Origin: Mobula hypostoma
Taxonomy: Eukaryota
Assembly: GCF_963921235.1 (NCBI RefSeq)
Contig: NC_086104.1
Location: forward strand, 157,790,001-157,854,000
Reading direction: 5' to 3'
Length of the DNA stretch: 64,000 nucleotides
Shown here: piece by piece, positions 60,242 through 64,000 of the stretch
Layout of the letters: every line of letters begins with the position of its first letter
Numbering within the stretch: position 1 is the stretch's first letter
Notes under the pieces: model-generated
Told to the model about the DNA's origin: nothing
Seen by the model: the letters and a program-made list of their open reading frames with translations, nothing else
The model's database searches: none
Program-made: the position numbers and the translations under genes

Positions 60242-61499
60242 TATTCATTTATAAAGTGATTATAAGTGCCACATCGAGGAAGACCAAAACATTAAATCCC
60301 TTCTAATTGTGAAGAATGCAAAAGTTACTTCTAAGTCATTTTGTTAGTTAATTTACCTCGTAAATTACATGGCCCATGGCAATTCTCTCGGTAGATCAAT
60401 GAAAAACTTGTAGATGTGAATGGCATGCAGTACACAAACATCATTGTGAATGGTGGAGATTTAAGAAGTTGGGTGTGTGGGAAATATGGGATTGTAGAAG
60501 GCTGATGTTGAGAGAGAACTGAAGGTTGATGAGGACATGAAATGACTGGAAGATGAATTAAGGGAACTGAAAATCTAGACTTCATATCCATTACTGAGAC
60601 AATTTGAAGTATTAGATTTAATGATTTCACCAGTGCCAAAAGTACTCCTGGTTGGTAAAATCACAAATAAGCTGTATAAAGAGGAAGGATTAAACCTGTT
60701 CCACTTCTTCCTAGGCAGGATAAAGGATGATTTACTTCCAAGTCAGTTTCTGGGTTCTGAGTTGGCTGATGAGGCCAAGATTGGAACTGCAGAGTTTTCC
60801 CACTGATGATACAGGCTGAAGGGGCAAGCACCTGGATAAATTGTGAAGTGGTCCGCTCTTCTGCCACTTACTCAGGGCCTCTGTGTGCTCTCAACTGACT
60901 CTAAACAGCCCCCACTGCTGCTTCTCCACTTTGAGCAAGTCAAGGGACAGAAATTCCCAGCACTCAGTGGGGATGCCTCATCTCTTCAAAGAAGCTTTGA
61001 TCACATGGTTGAACCTTTTGCTCTGTATGACTGGTAACATCTTCATATCTGCAATAGATTCTGTTCAGGGAATCTGGTGTAAGGCAGTAATTGGCACAAT
61101 CTGCCCAATGGAACTAAGGAGTCAATACTGGGGATATTGGCCATGAAGAAGGTGCTAATATTGATTGAGAACTTTGTAAAGATACTTTGGATGGTATATT
61201 TCCAGAGGTTTGTAATAATGCCCACTGTACGTAGTTTACATTTTATGGGTTCTCATCACTGGAGGGCAATAGTGTGCAGGGAAGGCAAGTAGAGGCCCTT
61301 GTCTTGCCATGTTGAATATAAAACCTATCATCTTACGCAGTTCAGGTAGAGTCAACAATGACAGAGCTCAGCCTCTGAGCACGGACAAACACAAGCACCA
61401 TTTACATAACCGTACAGTTCAAAACAGGGAAGGAAGCTGATTATTGTTAAATCGTTCCACATCTTGTGTAGTTTATCTGTTTCAATATAACATGTAGAT

Positions 61500-62035
61500 T
61501 TGGTCATAAGTCAAAGTAAATTTATTCTCAAAGTATGTGTGTATCACCATATACTAATTTTCTTGCAGGCATTTACAGGAAAATAAATAAATGCATGAAA
61601 AGCTACACATAAACAAAGATGACAAAACAACCAATGTGCAAAAGAAAATTAATAGTGCAAGTAAAAACAAATTAAATAATATTGAGAACATGAGTTATAA
61701 AGTGTCCCTGAAAACAGCGCTCAGGTAGTGAAGTTATCCAAGTTTGTTCAGGAGCCTGATGGTTGTAGGGTAATAACTGTTCATGAACCTGATGGTGTGG
61801 GACCCAAGATTCCTGTACCTCCTGCTTGATGGCAACAGCAAGAGGATAGCATGGCCCGGATGATGAGAGTATTGATGATTCTTGCTGCTTTCTGGTGGCA
61901 GCACACCATATAAATATTTTCAATGGTGGGGCAAGTGCAGGTACCCTTCCTGCACCTCCATTCTCCAAATGAAGAGAAGCAAGTTCACTTAATATCCTGA
62001 CAAGATAATAAGCTCTCTGCTTGGAAGTCACTGTA
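61500..62035 (-). mobile_element. Rex1/Babar 3' fragment
   Basis: Similar to the other Rex 3' ends in the window. Confidence 0.6.
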
Positions 62036-63271
62036 ATTGTGCTTATAATTCAACACAAAAATTAATTTTGATATTTATATCCAAATATATTGCACACCTC
62101 TTTAGGAATAAAGTCAACTAATTTGTGTTTTCAAAAGCCACTAGAGTAGCAGATGAATAGACGACCAGTCTTTTATGCTGATCTTAAACCAAGATCAATG
62201 AACAGACTTCTAAGGTGTAAACCAGCCGTGTTCCGCCACTCCTATAGAAACCTCACCGCACTTGTCAGATTACTTCAAAAGCAGGAGGCAAACATGTGAT
62301 TATAAGTTCAAAACACCCCTCAGATCAGGTGCTTCAAATTTAAAAGAATAGCAAGGGCTGAAATGAGAAAATGGAGGTGCTAGTTTACACACAGGAAACA
62401 ATTTGAGATAAATATTACTGACTTGATTTCAAAGATCTGGATGAAACCCAAAGTGCATCCTCTTACATTCCTTTGTAGGACTGCAGATTGATTAGCAATT
62501 ACTTAAACTCTATTTGTTTCAAGGGTCTCTTTTCTTTTCAAAGAACAAACTAATAAAATTCCTCAAAAATATTAGAAAAATTTGATCGAGTGGATTTAGG
62601 AAAGTGTTCCCACTTGGGAAGCAGCTTGGTTAGAGGCAAAAACTATGATACATGTTACCAAGAAATCCATTAGAAAGTTCTAATAAAGCTGCTGTATTGT
62701 GAGAGGGACGAGACCATGCAACACCCTACTACAGATAAAAAGATGAAAGGAATAGTAGAGATGCAACTAAGGAGAAGCTGGACAAGCAGGCAAGGGAGAA
62801 AAGAATGCTCATAGATAGAGATGAAGTAGCAGCTTGACTGGGACATAAACACCAACATGGACTGGTTGAGCCAGGTGGCATGATTCCATACCATATTTAA
62901 TTTTATGTAAGTATCTAGTAAACCATGTTTTCAAAACGTAGTGTTATAACAGGCAGTTTCAGTACTCAGATTTTGTGCCAAGATGTTCTGAAACAGATGT
63001 GTAAAATCACATATAATAAACAAAGTAAAAGTTGCCCTGACTACAAGAGCCATGTACACAAAGATCAGCGTTTGATAAGATGTCAATTCCTAGCAGTGAA
63101 GTCAATCTCTTTCATACTTATTCAAGGGCCAGGCATTTTTTTAAGTTTATAAGCAAATTTATCCTTTGACAAATGGTAATGGCTGCATAAAACAAAATAA
63201 GGCTAAATTCCAATCATATTCCTAAAATATTTAGTATATATAGAACATTCGCATTCAACTTTTAAACATGA

Positions 63272-63715
63272 GAAATTCTGCAGATGCTGAAAATCCAGAG
63301 CAACACATGCAAAATGCTGGAGGAACTCAACAGGTCAGGCAGCATCTATGGAAGTGAGTTGATACTCAACGTTTTGGGCTGAGACCCTTCTTCAGGACTG
63401 AGAAGAAAGAGTGAAAATGCCACAATAAAAAAAGTGGGGCCAGGGGAAGGCAGCTAGCTGGAAGGTGATAGGTGAAGCCAGATATCGACGGCTGGAGAAG
63501 CAGGAATCCGATAAGAGACAGAGCGAACCGTAGCAGAAAGGGTTGGAGAAAGGGAACAGGGAAAGTAATAGGTAGGCGAGAAGAGGTTAAAAAGTCAGAG
63601 AGGGGAATAGAGGAAGAGCAGAGGGGTAATTTGTTTCCCAGAAGGAGAAATCGATACTCATGGCATCCGGTGGAGGCTACCCAGTCAGAATACAAGGTGT
63701 ATTCAAGTACTCAAG
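63272..63715 (-). mobile_element. Older Penelope-like 3' fragment with degenerate hammerhead
   Basis: Minus strand: degenerate end of GIY-YIG, then pLTR with cctgaagaagggtctcagcccaaaacgttga. Confidence 0.75.
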
Positions 63716-64000
63716 TACATTCAAGTTGTTTTTATATTTAAAAATCAAATTTTATCTACATTTATCTGCAAAATCCACATTTCCTAGTGATTATTTCCAG
63801 TACATCCACAAGATGCTTCCTTTGGCTTAACTGGTGAAATACCCATCACTACCCAACAATGAAAACAATAATGAAGAAAAAAAATAGGCTTTCCATCTCT
63901 CTAGCTCAAAATAGGAGCAGCTGAAACATATAGATTGGTCAGCTCACGCATTGTTCAGATTTATTCAGGAGAGATCTGAGCAATACAGACTTATCAATGC

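Overview
Vertebrate genomic DNA, dense in transposable elements. The repeat landscape (very abundant CR1, HE1-type V-SINEs, Rex1/Babar and Penelope-like elements) points to a cartilaginous fish, probably a ray; this is inference. One host gene is recognisable: the 3' part of DNA polymerase beta (polb) on the minus strand. Its last three coding exons lie at 21735-21799, 9511-9650 and 4657-4751, with GT-AG boundaries and the 65/140/95-nt sizes of human exons 12-14. I could not find exon 11 by eye, so 21800-64000 is probably one intron of more than 42 kb. Nearly all other ORFs in the track are TE fragments, antisense shadows of TEs, or low-complexity read-through. The most interesting signals are: (1) a Penelope-like (GIY-YIG) family whose pseudo-LTRs carry minimal type I hammerhead ribozyme motifs, which inserts with a recurrent ~14-bp target-site duplication, including as a ~200-bp fold-back mini-element; (2) a ~1.1-kb G/C-skewed minisatellite grown from a single motif in a CR1 3' UTR; (3) a cluster of hairpins in apparently unique intronic DNA at ~33.1-33.35 kb. 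All alignments and folds were done by eye, and TE boundaries are approximate.
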